Positions 1-9,584 of a stretch of DNA of 56,520 nt are shown here, one piece after another. The position numbers and the translations under genes were made by a program. Each line of letters opens with the position of its first letter. The stretch's first letter is position 1. Source of the stretch: an uncultured Candidatus Saccharibacteria bacterium (GTDB lineage Bacteria > Patescibacteriota > Minisyncoccia > Phycocordibacterales > DATDWN01); contig CAZRVD010000001.1 in NCBI GenBank assembly GCA_964603545.1, positions 1,001 to 57,520 on the forward strand. Direction: 5' to 3'. Under the pieces are notes generated by a model, which made no database searches, had not been told where the DNA came from, and worked only from the letters and a program-made list of their open reading frames with translations.

Positions 1-1
1 G

Positions 2-112
2 TTTACGGTGGATGCAATGGAAATGAAATCTGTCAGGGGAGAACATATTGAATATCTAAAATCTCGTGTTTCCGGTGCACATGAAAACTCAGAGTTGGAA
101 CGTTTGAGATAG
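2..112 (+). CDS. Possible 3' end of a gene entering the window
   Basis: Frame open from the window edge to TAG at 110-112 (FTVDAMEMKSVRGEHIEYLKSRVSGAHENSELERLR*); no recognisable motif. Confidence 0.4.
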   Translation, partial: FTVDAMEMKSVRGEHIEYLKSRVSGAHENSELERLR

Positions 113-218
113 TTTCTTAAGTAGTAACAAATAATTAAATGATATTTGTGGGGACAAGTCATTCCATCTCTCTGGCGTAAGTGCTTTAGTTTTGTCCCAA
201 TTGTGCTATATTAACCAA

Positions 219-1079
219 ATGAAAAGAGACATAATCATATTTTGTGCGGTTTTTCTCCTTTCGCCCTTTATTACCTCAGCTTTTTCGGGGTCGGAAGTTC
301 ATATTACAAAGGACGGATTAGCTACTATTACTGACACCAAAGTGATGCAAATCGCTGGTGGGACTTTTTTTACCAGAATGTATTGGGGAGACTCATATGT
401 GCGTTTGACTATAAAAACAAATTCAAATACAAAGTTTTTTAGAGGAACTGGTGAACCTACAACGTTGTCTGAAATCTCAGTAGGAGACATGCTGGATGTT
501 TCTGGTGAGTTGGGTGGGAGTGATGTTCTTACTTTGACAGCTGTTTCTGTTAAAAATTCTTCTGTGCAAAAAAAGCAGACAGTTTTTTCTGGCAAAGTTC
601 AAAGTATTGACTTGAATTCAAAAAGTTTTGTTTTGGATGATAAAAAGGTTGGTTCTGTTACTGTAGTAGCAACGAGTACAACTAGATTTATAAAAGGTAA
701 TAGAACTCTTGATCTGGCTCACATAGTAGTCGGTGATTTTATTACTAAAGTAGCAGGAGATTATAATATAACTACAAAGACTGTAGTAGCGGACTCAGTT
801 ATAACTTATGTTGATCCAAACTATTATAAACCTAAAAATTTTCAAGGGATTTTAAAGGAAATCAACCTAATCTCAGTTCCAATGTCGGTCAAAGTTTCAA
901 TTGATGGTAAGTTGTTTATGGTGAAGCTGGCTAATAATACTTCTATCTTAAACAAAGCAAGACTTCCCGTTTCTCTTGGTCGTTTTGTTTTGGAAGATGT
1001 AGTTCGTCTCTACGGAGCTATTCGCGAAATCGATGAGCCCATAATAGATGCTGAAATTCTTCGCAATATAAGTTTGTAG
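219..1079 (+). CDS. Secreted protein with repeated beta-rich (DUF5666/OB-fold-like) domains
   Basis: Signal peptide from ATG 219; three similar segments (TKF..TLSEISVGDMLDVSG; TRF..DLAHIVVGDFITKVAG; TSI..SLGRFVLEDVVRLYG); TGcTATATT 6 nt before ATG. Confidence 0.65.
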   Translation: MKRDIIIFCAVFLLSPFITSAFSGSEVHITKDGLATITDTKVMQIAGGTFFTRMYWGDSYVRLTIKTNSNTKFFRGTGEPTTLSEISVGDMLDVSGELGGSDVLTLTAVSVKNSSVQKKQTVFSGKVQSIDLNSKSFVLDDKKVGSVTVVATSTTRFIKGNRTLDLAHIVVGDFITKVAGDYNITTKTVVADSVITYVDPNYYKPKNFQGILKEINLISVPMSVKVSIDGKLFMVKLANNTSILNKARLPVSLGRFVLEDVVRLYGAIREIDEPIIDAEILRNISL

Positions 1080-1080
1080 T

Positions 1081-1323
1081 ATGTCTTATTTTGTCTATAT
1101 TCTTAAGTGCTCGGATAAATCTCTCTACACCGGCATAACTACGGACGTAAAAAGGAGGTTTGCAGAGCACAAGAAGGGTTTTGGTGGACACTACACAAGA
1201 GCTAGAAAAGTTCTTAAAATTGTTTACTTAGAAAAACACAAAGATAGATCTAGTGCATCCAGGCGCGAAGCAGAGATTAAAAATTTAACTAGAGATAAGA
1301 AAATTAATTTAATTAAAACATGA
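1081..1323 (+). CDS. GIY-YIG nuclease family protein (UPF0213/YhbQ-like)
   Basis: YFVYILKC..SLYTGITTDVKRRF..H and A..REAEIK motifs, 80 aa. Confidence 0.9.
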   Translation: MSYFVYILKCSDKSLYTGITTDVKRRFAEHKKGFGGHYTRARKVLKIVYLEKHKDRSSASRREAEIKNLTRDKKINLIKT

Positions 1324-1817
1324 GAAAAATATTTATATTAATCATTGTTCTCGGCCTACTAGTTGGAGGATTTTATGCTTTGAATAGTTATATTTACAAT
1401 GAGAAACAAAATGGGGGAGATTATCAGGGTGTAAAACTTTATTTTTACAATCCTAGCCTAGATCAGGGGGTTGGAGGGGTGCAATGTACTAAAGCTGGTC
1501 TAGTAGAAGTGACGCGTACAATACCAAAGACGATAACACCTCTAGAAGACACAATAAAACTTTTACTCAAAGGGGAATTAACGGAAGAAGAGAGGTCTCA
1601 GGGTATAACAACAGAATTTCCCTTATCTGGCGTTAGTTTGACTAACGTGAACCTTAAGGAAGGTGTTGCGACTTTAGAATTCGCAGATCCTCTGAATAAG
1701 ACCGGAGGTGGCTCATGCAGGATAGCAATATTATGGGCACAAATAGAGACAACCGCAAAACAGTTTCCTACTGTAAAAGAAGTCAAGTTTATACCAGAGG
1801 AGTTGTTCCAACCATAA
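1320..1817 (+). CDS. GerMN domain membrane-anchored protein
   Basis: N-terminal TM; LLLKG..EE..G..T.FP, GGSC..WAQIETTAKQFPTVKEV. Confidence 0.8.
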   Translation: MRKIFILIIVLGLLVGGFYALNSYIYNEKQNGGDYQGVKLYFYNPSLDQGVGGVQCTKAGLVEVTRTIPKTITPLEDTIKLLLKGELTEEERSQGITTEFPLSGVSLTNVNLKEGVATLEFADPLNKTGGGSCRIAILWAQIETTAKQFPTVKEVKFIPEELFQP

Positions 1818-1864
1818 GTTCTAAAGAATTTTTAGATATAATTTGTTTTCCTTAACAAAAAACC

Positions 1865-2461
1865 ATGATTATAGATGGTCTAAAAAATAAAAAGTGGATG
1901 AAATATGTAATAGGCCTACTTCCTCTCTTAATAATTGGGAGTTTGTCTATTGTTATTTTTTATTATTATAGTCCTGACTACATTGTGAATCTTTTTGGTG
2001 TGGAAAATGCTTACGCTCTTATTTTTATTACCGCGATTGCAGGAGGTTTTACAACGTTCAATATCATTCCTTACCACATACTTCTTATTACACTCGCAAT
2101 AGGGGGGCTTAATCCACTTCTTCTAGGTTTTCTAGCTGCTATTGGGGTTTCACTTGGAGATTCGACCTCTTATTTTATCGGGTACCAAGGTAGGACAATA
2201 TTGCCAGAAAAAATGGACAAATGGTTTGAGCGTGTGCACCGTATAGGCACAGAACGTCCTAAACTTTTTATGCTTCTATGTTTCTTATACAGTTGTTTTA
2301 TACCAGAATCAAATGACTTTATAACTATTCCTGCTGGTCTAGCAAGGTTACCATTTTTTAATGTAATGATTCCTCTTGTTCTCGGTAACATTATTTTTGA
2401 TATTTCTTTGGCTTTTCTTGCACCTAGCGTTTACGACCTTTTACAAGGGATCTTTTTTTAA
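1865..2461 (+). CDS. DedA/VTT family membrane protein
   Basis: Hydrophobic; GVSLGDSTSYFIGYQGR and P..D.ITIPAGLARLPF motifs. Confidence 0.75.
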   Translation: MIIDGLKNKKWMKYVIGLLPLLIIGSLSIVIFYYYSPDYIVNLFGVENAYALIFITAIAGGFTTFNIIPYHILLITLAIGGLNPLLLGFLAAIGVSLGDSTSYFIGYQGRTILPEKMDKWFERVHRIGTERPKLFMLLCFLYSCFIPESNDFITIPAGLARLPFFNVMIPLVLGNIIFDISLAFLAPSVYDLLQGIFF

Positions 2462-2473
2462 GATTTTTGTCAC

Positions 2474-2503
2474 TTGACTAATGATACCCCCTGGGGGTAT
2501 ACT
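2474..2503 (+). promoter_or_regulatory. Sigma70 promoter with embedded CsoR-type operator
   Basis: TTGACT(2474)-18 nt-TATACT(2498); inverted repeat ATACCCCC-T-GGGGGTAT (2484-2500) matches the C-tract/G-tract CsoR/RcnR operator style, directly before csoR. Confidence 0.85.
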
Positions 2504-2509
2504 CAGTCT

Positions 2510-2776
2510 ATGAAAAAAGATATTAAAAAAAGTCTTGAAAGACGTATATCAATTATCTCGGGTCAAGTTAGAGGTATCCAAGAAATGATTGAGAACGAGA
2601 AATACTGTGTGGATATTATTACTCAAGTTGAAGCCGTTAGAGAGGCGCTGTCTAGCGTAGGGAATTTAGTGATGCAAAACCATTTAGAGACTCACGTTAT
2701 GCACCAGATAAAAAATGGTGAAGAAAGTAAGGCAATTAAAGAGATGCTAAAAATTTATAATTTAAAGAGCAAATAA
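2510..2776 (+). CDS. csoR: CsoR family metal-sensing repressor
   Basis: GQVRGIQEMIENEKYCVDIITQ..A, NHLETHV; ATG 2510 preferred over the upstream TTG. Confidence 0.9.
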   Translation: MKKDIKKSLERRISIISGQVRGIQEMIENEKYCVDIITQVEAVREALSSVGNLVMQNHLETHVMHQIKNGEESKAIKEMLKIYNLKSK

Positions 2777-2777
2777 T

Positions 2778-5111
2778 ATGTCTAGCAATATAATAAATGA
2801 AACTTATAATGTGAGGGGAATGCACTGTGCCTCATGCTCATATTTAATTGAAAAGACTTTTAAAAAAGTTCCCGGAGTGCAATCTGTAGAAGTAAATTAT
2901 GGCACAGAAAAAGCTAAGGTTACTTTTGATTCATCTAAAACAAATCCACATCATCTTTCTCAAAAAATAGAACCACTTGGATATTCTCTTGCGCTAGATC
3001 AGGGAGCTTCACACGGACACAATGATCAATCAGCAGAAGAGATGGGTATGTCGGCAGATGAGCACGCTACTCATCTTGGACTCAATCAATCAAAGAAAGA
3101 GAAGCTTGCAGAGGTTGCGGACATGAAGGCAAAAGTTTGGTCAGCTATTCCGCTTGCAATATTTGCTGCACTTGTTATGGGTTGGGATATTTTGGCAGAG
3201 TACAATGCTGTCCCTCCCATGAGTGTAGTTGCACAAGAATTCATTCACCATTTACTTCCTATACTTGCCACATACGTACTTTTTGTTGTTGGAAAGCCCT
3301 ATCTCATGGGGTTTTATCGTTTTCTTCGCTATGGCAAAGCAAATATGGATACTCTTATTGGAATCGGAACAACAGCAGCATTTTTATATAGTTTTGTAGT
3401 TACAGCTTTTGAGGAGACACTTCAACCTTTTATAAATGTTGATTATCAATATTATGATGTAACGATTGTTGTTATTACCTTTATTGCTCTCGGAAAATAC
3501 TTAGAGGCAAGATCAAAAATAAAAACAGGTGATGCCATCGAAAAACTTCTTAATCTCCAAGTAAAAACTGCATTAGTAGTTCGTGATGGTAAGGAAATAG
3601 AGATTTCTATAAACGATGTAAAACATGGAGATCATATTATTGTAAAACCAGGAGCACGTATCCCAGTAGATGGAGTTATTACCGAAGGCAGTTCTTTCAT
3701 TGATGAATCTATGGTTACTGGGGAGCCAATGCCAGCACAGAAAAGGATTGGAGACAGTATTGTATCTGGGACAATCAATACAAGTGGTTCATTCACATTC
3801 AAGGCTACAAAGGTTGGCTCCGAAACACTCTTAGCACAGATAATTAAAATGGTTGAGGATGCTCAGGGAAGTCGTGCACCAATTCAAGCACTAGCAGACA
3901 AAATATCTTCTGTTTTTGTATCTATTGTTTTAGTGATCGCTTTTCTTACGCTGGGAGTTTGGCTCATATTTGGTTCACAATATCTAGGTTTTTCACAAGC
4001 GCTTTCATTCGGTCTAGTTTCATTTGTCGGCATTCTTGTTATAGCCTGTCCTTGTGCTCTTGGTCTCGCTACACCAACTGCTATTATTGTTGGAGTTGGT
4101 AAGGGAGCAAAGGAAGGCATCCTCATTAAAGATGCAGCGACACTAGAGAAGCTTCATAAAGTAAACACAGTTGTTGTAGATAAGACAGGCACAATCACTA
4201 AAGGTAAGCCAACATTGGTCGATGTACAAAACTTTTCCGATCTAAAAGATGAAGAATTGATTTCAATTGTAGCTTCACTTGAAAAGAAATCTGAGCATCC
4301 AATAGCACATGCGATTGTAAATTATGCACAGGAGAAAAATCTTTCAATGAAAGATGTATCTGATTTCGAGAGCGTACAGGGTAAGGGACTAAAGGGAAAA
4401 GTTCAAGAAGTTGAATATTTTGTTGGTAATGCAAAACTAATACATGACCTCGGACTTTCCTTTGATATGACAAGGTTGGATGAGTTTACTTCACAAGGTA
4501 AAACACCAGTAATTTTTGCTAACAAAGAAAAGGTTCTTGGCTTTGTAATGGTGGCAGATGAAATAAAAACTGAATCAGTTGAAGCGGTGAAAAATCTTCA
4601 TGCACTAGGAATCGTCGTTGTCATGCTTACTGGTGATGATGAAAAAGCTGCGAAATATATCGCATCACTTGTCGGTATTGATAATGTTGTTGCTCACGTA
4701 TTGCCTCAAGATAAACTTGAAAAAATAAAAGAATTGCAATCACAAGGTCGAGTGGTTGCCATGGCTGGAGATGGTGTAAACGATGCTCCAGCCCTTGCTC
4801 AAGCTGATGTAGGTATTGCTATGGGAACTGGAACAGATGTGGCTATAGAATCAGCGGGCATAACGCTTCTTGGTGGGGATATTTCAAAGTTAGTGAAAGC
4901 TATTAAGCTTTCCAAGATCACAATGAGAGGAATTAAACAAAATCTTTTCTGGGCATTTATCTATAACATTGTTGGAATTCCTCTTGCGGCAGGTATCTTT
5001 TATCCTTTTTTTGGGTGGCTTCTAAATCCAGTCTTTGCAGGATTTGCAATGGCACTTTCAAGTGTGTCAGTAGTATCGAACTCACTTAGAATTAAGGCCA
5101 AGAAATTATAA
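2778..5111 (+). CDS. copA: Copper-translocating P1B-type ATPase
   Basis: GMHCASC HMA domain, TGE, CPC, DKTGT, SEHP, GDGVNDAP, YN and MALSS motifs. Confidence 0.95.
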   Translation: MSSNIINETYNVRGMHCASCSYLIEKTFKKVPGVQSVEVNYGTEKAKVTFDSSKTNPHHLSQKIEPLGYSLALDQGASHGHNDQSAEEMGMSADEHATHLGLNQSKKEKLAEVADMKAKVWSAIPLAIFAALVMGWDILAEYNAVPPMSVVAQEFIHHLLPILATYVLFVVGKPYLMGFYRFLRYGKANMDTLIGIGTTAAFLYSFVVTAFEETLQPFINVDYQYYDVTIVVITFIALGKYLEARSKIKTGDAIEKLLNLQVKTALVVRDGKEIEISINDVKHGDHIIVKPGARIPVDGVITEGSSFIDESMVTGEPMPAQKRIGDSIVSGTINTSGSFTFKATKVGSETLLAQIIKMVEDAQGSRAPIQALADKISSVFVSIVLVIAFLTLGVWLIFGSQYLGFSQALSFGLVSFVGILVIACPCALGLATPTAIIVGVGKGAKEGILIKDAATLEKLHKVNTVVVDKTGTITKGKPTLVDVQNFSDLKDEELISIVASLEKKSEHPIAHAIVNYAQEKNLSMKDVSDFESVQGKGLKGKVQEVEYFVGNAKLIHDLGLSFDMTRLDEFTSQGKTPVIFANKEKVLGFVMVADEIKTESVEAVKNLHALGIVVVMLTGDDEKAAKYIASLVGIDNVVAHVLPQDKLEKIKELQSQGRVVAMAGDGVNDAPALAQADVGIAMGTGTDVAIESAGITLLGGDISKLVKAIKLSKITMRGIKQNLFWAFIYNIVGIPLAAGIFYPFFGWLLNPVFAGFAMALSSVSVVSNSLRIKAKKL

Positions 5112-5116
5112 TTATT

Positions 5117-6148
5117 ATGAATACTCCAACACAAAAATATACATTCCACGTTCATGGTATGCATTGTAATGCTTGCGTTTTGATGATAGATAGTGAAATA
5201 GGTGATCTACCAAATGTCACAAGTGTAAAATCCAGTCTCAAGGATCACTCAGTCGAAGTAATTGGGGATTTCGGCGATAAAACACCAGAGCAAATTGCGG
5301 AAGAACTCACGGTACCACTTAAGTCTCATGGCTATATCGTTTCAATTGATAGGCAAGAGCACAATGCAAAATGGGGAGATTTCAAAATCGCAGTCCCAAT
5401 CGCACTTGGTTTTGTAGTTCTGTTTGTTGTATTACAAAAAATGGGAATAGTAAATCTTGTAAGTAGCGGTAATGTTACGTATGGCACAGCATTTGTGATA
5501 GGAATTATCGCATCGCTTTCAACATGCATGGCTGTTGTTGGGGGTTTATTACTATCAATGTCTGCTACATTTGCAAAAGAGGGTGACAGGATAAAACCTC
5601 AACTTATGTTCCATGGTGGTAGAATCATTTCGTTCTTTATCCTAGGAGGAGTCATTGGTGCTATAGGATCTGCATTTACACTCAATACAGGGGCTACATT
5701 TATTCTAAGCTTAATCATAGGTATTGTAATGCTCATACTTGGCATTAATCTTCTCGATACGTTCCATTGGGCTAAGAAATTACAGCCGGGAATGCCAAAG
5801 TTTATTGCAAAACATGCACATGGTGTCTCTAAGATGAATCATACACTTACTCCGCTTCTTGTTGGTATTGCTACTTTTTTCCTACCATGCGGATTTACTC
5901 AATCGATGCAACTTTACACTCTCACTACAGGCTCTTTCTTGCCGGGGGGTTTGACCATGCTCGCATTCGCACTTGGTACATTGCCTGTATTAGCATTAAT
6001 CAGCTTTAGCTCATTCAGTATTCAAAAGAGTTCTAAGGCGGGCATTTTTTTCAAGAGTGCAGGATTGATTGTAATTATTTTTGCTTTATTCAATCTTGTT
6101 AATAGCTTGGTAGTGATTGGGTTAATACCACCTATATTTAATATCTAA
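5117..6148 (+). CDS. HMA + DsbD_2/TauE-SafE-like membrane protein
   Basis: N-terminal GMHCNAC; STCMAVVGG and FFLPCGFTQSMQ TM motifs; follows copA. Confidence 0.85.
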   Translation: MNTPTQKYTFHVHGMHCNACVLMIDSEIGDLPNVTSVKSSLKDHSVEVIGDFGDKTPEQIAEELTVPLKSHGYIVSIDRQEHNAKWGDFKIAVPIALGFVVLFVVLQKMGIVNLVSSGNVTYGTAFVIGIIASLSTCMAVVGGLLLSMSATFAKEGDRIKPQLMFHGGRIISFFILGGVIGAIGSAFTLNTGATFILSLIIGIVMLILGINLLDTFHWAKKLQPGMPKFIAKHAHGVSKMNHTLTPLLVGIATFFLPCGFTQSMQLYTLTTGSFLPGGLTMLAFALGTLPVLALISFSSFSIQKSSKAGIFFKSAGLIVIIFALFNLVNSLVVIGLIPPIFNI

Positions 6149-6173
6149 TGTAATTTCTAGTATAATGACACAA

Positions 6174-6557
6174 ATGAAAGCAATCATCATATCTATCATT
6201 CTTGCCTTAGCCCTTATTGTGGGAGCTTTTATCCTGAGCGGAGGAGGTGGATCTCCTAAAGAAGTTGTAAACAATGTCTCTATAGTAGATGGTAAACAAA
6301 TAATTCTAATTACTGCAAAAGGTGGTTATGAGCCTAGAAAAAGCGTGGCTAAAGCTGGCGTCCCAACTATCTTAAGATTTGAAACTAAGGGTACATTTGA
6401 CTGTTCTGCCTCAGTCCGAATTCCTAGTATGAATATTTCAAAAATATTACCACAAACAGGGTTAACCGATATTGAAATAGGTAATCCTCAAATAGCCACT
6501 CTTCAGGGAATGTGTGGTATGGGGATGTACCAATTTGAGATTGATTTTACAGGTTAA
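6174..6557 (+). CDS. Membrane-anchored cupredoxin-domain protein (CupA-like)
   Basis: GGYEP, DC and C-terminal CGMGMY; TATAAT 7 nt before ATG 6174. Confidence 0.8.
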   Translation: MKAIIISIILALALIVGAFILSGGGGSPKEVVNNVSIVDGKQIILITAKGGYEPRKSVAKAGVPTILRFETKGTFDCSASVRIPSMNISKILPQTGLTDIEIGNPQIATLQGMCGMGMYQFEIDFTG

Positions 6558-6589
6558 AGATTTAAGGTGTTTTTTGGTATAATAGAGCT

Positions 6590-7513
6590 ATGACAAATAA
6601 TAAAACAATCTTAGCTGTAGTTTTAATCATAATTGTCGGAATAGCGACTTATTTTGGGTATTATAAAAATACGCGTGTTTCTGATTTGGAAACTGGAGCA
6701 AATCCAAAAAATGCAACATATAAAATTGTTGGAGAAAATGTAACTTTGGTTAACGGTGAAGAGAGCCACCCTTCTGCTCCAGGTTCAGCAAGTATGACTG
6801 TGACTAAATACTTTGGAAACGAAGTAAGTTATGACTTTGATAAGGATGGAAGGACTGATACAGCATTCATACTGACCCAAAATGCTGGAGGTAGTGGGAC
6901 TTTTTATTTTCTAGTATATGCGTTAAACAAAGAGGGTGGATATGTTGGTTCTGAAGGTCTTTATATAGGAGACAGAATAGCCCCACAGACAACAGAGTTA
7001 TCTAAAGAAGTTGGTAAAGAAGATCTCGTTATTGTTAACTATGCAGATAGAAAGCCAGGTGAAAGTTTTGCTGTCGCTCCATCACTCGGTAAGAGCTTAT
7101 GGGCCAAACTTGATCTAAAAACAATGCAACCAGGTGAAGTGGTTCAAAATTTTGAAGGTGAGGCAGACCCAAAGAAAATGACTCTCACAATGAAAACTTG
7201 GGGTTGGGTAAAAACAATGTTAAACGATGGGAGTATTGTAACCCCAAAAAGTCCTGAAAAATTTAAGCTGATTTTTAAAGATAGTAAAACATTTTCCGCA
7301 ACAACTGATTGTAATAGTGTGAGCGGAGAATACAGGGTTACTGGAGACAAAATAGTGTTTGAGAAAATGATGTCCACTCTTATGGCTTGTCAGGACTCAC
7401 AAGAGTCTGTTTTTACAGGATATTTACAAAACACATCTAGCTATTTGTTTACTTCTAAAGGAGAACTTGTTCTTAATCTAAAATATGATAGCGGTTCTGT
7501 GATTTTTAGGTAA
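6590..7513 (+). CDS. Membrane-anchored META (HslJ-like) domain protein
   Basis: TDCNS and STLMAC motifs; N-terminal TM. Confidence 0.8.
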   Translation: MTNNKTILAVVLIIIVGIATYFGYYKNTRVSDLETGANPKNATYKIVGENVTLVNGEESHPSAPGSASMTVTKYFGNEVSYDFDKDGRTDTAFILTQNAGGSGTFYFLVYALNKEGGYVGSEGLYIGDRIAPQTTELSKEVGKEDLVIVNYADRKPGESFAVAPSLGKSLWAKLDLKTMQPGEVVQNFEGEADPKKMTLTMKTWGWVKTMLNDGSIVTPKSPEKFKLIFKDSKTFSATTDCNSVSGEYRVTGDKIVFEKMMSTLMACQDSQESVFTGYLQNTSSYLFTSKGELVLNLKYDSGSVIFR

Positions 7514-7528
7514 CAATTAAACAGTATT

Positions 7529-8110
7529 ATGAAAACATATCATTATGTATTAGCTATTTTACTAATACTGATTTTAGGCTCTTGGTATTACTCACTAAAA
7601 AAAGAAGTTTTAGAAAACAATTTATACACAGTTTATAAAAACGAATCTTTAGGTTTTTCTATAAAAATTCCAAAAGATTTTACTGTTGATGAAAAATATC
7701 AGTACCAAGTTAACTCAAGTACCGTAATCTCGGGAGTGAAATTTACAATTCCAGAATCTTTGAAAGAGGGAACAAATCTTTCTTCTGATACATACATAAG
7801 TGTTGAAGCTAAGCCTGGAGCTGTTAATTCCTGTAGCGCTGAAATATATCTAGACAATTCTGTTTCCTCTGGATTTATAGATAGCGGGGGGCACAGGTAT
7901 TCAATGGCTACCTTTAGTGGTGCAGCTGCTGGCAACAGGTACGATGAAACAGTTTTTGCCACACCAGTAGATGGTGGTTGTATTGCTGTTCGATATTTTG
8001 TGCACTATGGAGTCTTTGAAAACTATCCAGAAGGAAGTATATCTAGGTTTGATGAAGTTTCCCTTAAATCATTATTTGATTCCATTAGAGAAACATTGGT
8101 TTTGGATTAA
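7529..8110 (+). CDS. Membrane-anchored hypothetical protein (PsbP-like start)
   Basis: TM followed by YKNESLGFSIKIP; GAAAGNRY. Confidence 0.6.
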   Translation: MKTYHYVLAILLILILGSWYYSLKKEVLENNLYTVYKNESLGFSIKIPKDFTVDEKYQYQVNSSTVISGVKFTIPESLKEGTNLSSDTYISVEAKPGAVNSCSAEIYLDNSVSSGFIDSGGHRYSMATFSGAAAGNRYDETVFATPVDGGCIAVRYFVHYGVFENYPEGSISRFDEVSLKSLFDSIRETLVLD

Positions 8111-8130
8111 ATTACTGATATAATTCTTAT

Positions 8131-8469
8131 ATGAAAATATTCACACATTTACTTGTTTCAGCGGTAGCAATTATTATTACAGCCTATCTTCTTCCTGGTG
8201 CCACAGTTACACTAGTTAGTGCTTTGATTTTAGCTGTTGTTTTAGGGATAATAAATGTTTTTATAAAACCGGTTGTAAAACTGATAACCCTACCACTTAC
8301 GATAGTAACTCTTGGGCTCTTTTCTCTAGTTATAAATGCACTTTTTGTGCTATTAGCATCTAAAATTGTTCCAGGGTTCAGTGTCGCTGGTTTCTGGACA
8401 GCTTTTTGGTTCTCAATTATTCTTTCTCTGGTAAATGCCTTGTTTAATAGGTTTAAAGACGAAGATTAG
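8131..8469 (+). CDS. YvlD/DUF360 4-TM ('holin-like') membrane protein
   Basis: N.FIKP...ITLPL...TLGLFSLVINA signature. Confidence 0.88.
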   Translation: MKIFTHLLVSAVAIIITAYLLPGATVTLVSALILAVVLGIINVFIKPVVKLITLPLTIVTLGLFSLVINALFVLLASKIVPGFSVAGFWTAFWFSIILSLVNALFNRFKDED

Positions 8470-8575
8470 TGAAGTTTCAGTCTATTAATTCACACAGTCT
8501 ATATTGTGTTGTCTACTGTTGTTATCTATAAGGGGATACTGTATAATAGACCCATTACTATAATTAATAAAAATA

Positions 8576-8830
8576 ATGGCAAAAGTTAATTCTGCATTTA
8601 TGAAACCGATGACTATTAGTAGCGACCTAGCAGTAGTCGTTGGAAAAGGCCCAATGCCTCGATCTGAAGTAGTTAAGAAGCTTTGGGTTTACATTAAGGG
8701 TAAGAATCTTCAAGATCCAAAGAATAAAAGAAATATAGTGGCTGATGAGGCTCTAAAGAAAGTATTTGGAGGTAAAGCTGTTGTTAATATGTTTGAGATG
8801 ACAAAGCTCGTTTCAAAGCATCTATCATAA
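8576..8830 (+). CDS. Stand-alone SWIB/MDM2 domain protein
   Basis: RSEVVKKLWVYIK..NLQDPKNKRNI.AD..LK.VFG, MFEM.K..SKHL. Confidence 0.92.
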   Translation: MAKVNSAFMKPMTISSDLAVVVGKGPMPRSEVVKKLWVYIKGKNLQDPKNKRNIVADEALKKVFGGKAVVNMFEMTKLVSKHLS

Positions 8831-8852
8831 TAGCTTCCAAATTAGTTTGATG

Positions 8853-8883
8853 AGAAGAATCCCCGAAAGGGGTTTTTCTTTTT
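8853..8883 (+). terminator. Intrinsic terminator
   Basis: CCCC-GAAA-GGGG hairpin followed by T-run. Confidence 0.8.
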
Positions 8884-8905
8884 ATACATATGCTACAATA
8901 TTTAT

Positions 8906-8959
8906 ATGGCAAAAGGAGAAACACATCGAAAAGAAAAAAAGAAACCAAAGAAGAAATAA
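8906..8959 (+). CDS. Putative 17-aa basic peptide MAKGETHRKEKKKPKKK
   Basis: ATG..TAA; extended -10 TGcTACAAT 6 nt upstream; hairpin downstream. Confidence 0.55.
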   Translation: MAKGETHRKEKKKPKKK

Positions 8960-9011
8960 TCACGCAAAACAGAGTGGTCATGCGACCATAAGGTTTGCAT
9001 AACAGTTTTTA

Positions 9012-9584
9012 ATGAAAATTCACAAAAACCCAACCAAGGGAGAGGGTATTTTGGTTCAAGATATCGCCATCATTTTTTTTAGCGTCTTAATTGCCGTTGT
9101 TTTAATTAAAACAAGAGTAATTTCGGATCTACTACTCTCTACCGAAAGGTTTGAATTATTTGGAGCATTTTTTGCGGGTATGTTTTTTACAACTATCTTT
9201 ACCACTGCACCGGCCATAGTTACCTTAGGAAACATAGCACTACATACCTCACCCCTTACAACAGCAATTCTTGGAGCTTGTGGAGCTATGATAGGGGATT
9301 TAATCATCTTCAGATTTATAAGAGACAGACTTTCAGAACACTTATTTGAACTTATAAATCACAATACTATCTGGAAGAGAGCAAAACACTTATTTAGGCT
9401 TCGTTACTTTAGATGGTTTACTTTTTTAATAGGTGGCCTTCTTATTGCATCACCCTTACCAGATGAGTTAGGTATTGGCTTATTAGGTTTTACTAAGATG
9501 AAAACCAAACAGTTCATACCAATATCTCTATTTTTTAACTTTGTCGGGATCCTACTTATAGGAATCGTTGCGAGAGCTATTTAG
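9012..9584 (+). CDS. DedA/VTT-like membrane protein
   Basis: GAMIGDLIIFRF and ASPLPDE motifs, multiple TMs. Confidence 0.65.
   Translation: MKIHKNPTKGEGILVQDIAIIFFSVLIAVVLIKTRVISDLLLSTERFELFGAFFAGMFFTTIFTTAPAIVTLGNIALHTSPLTTAILGACGAMIGDLIIFRFIRDRLSEHLFELINHNTIWKRAKHLFRLRYFRWFTFLIGGLLIASPLPDELGIGLLGFTKMKTKQFIPISLFFNFVGILLIGIVARAI

Noticed and set aside
8131-8469. Holin as evidence of a prophage
   Set aside because: The YvlD/DUF360 family is commonly chromosomal; no phage genes nearby.
8492-8509. NrdR-box-like ACACAGTCTATATTGTGT
   Set aside because: Poor fit to the consensus spacing and not upstream of nrd genes.
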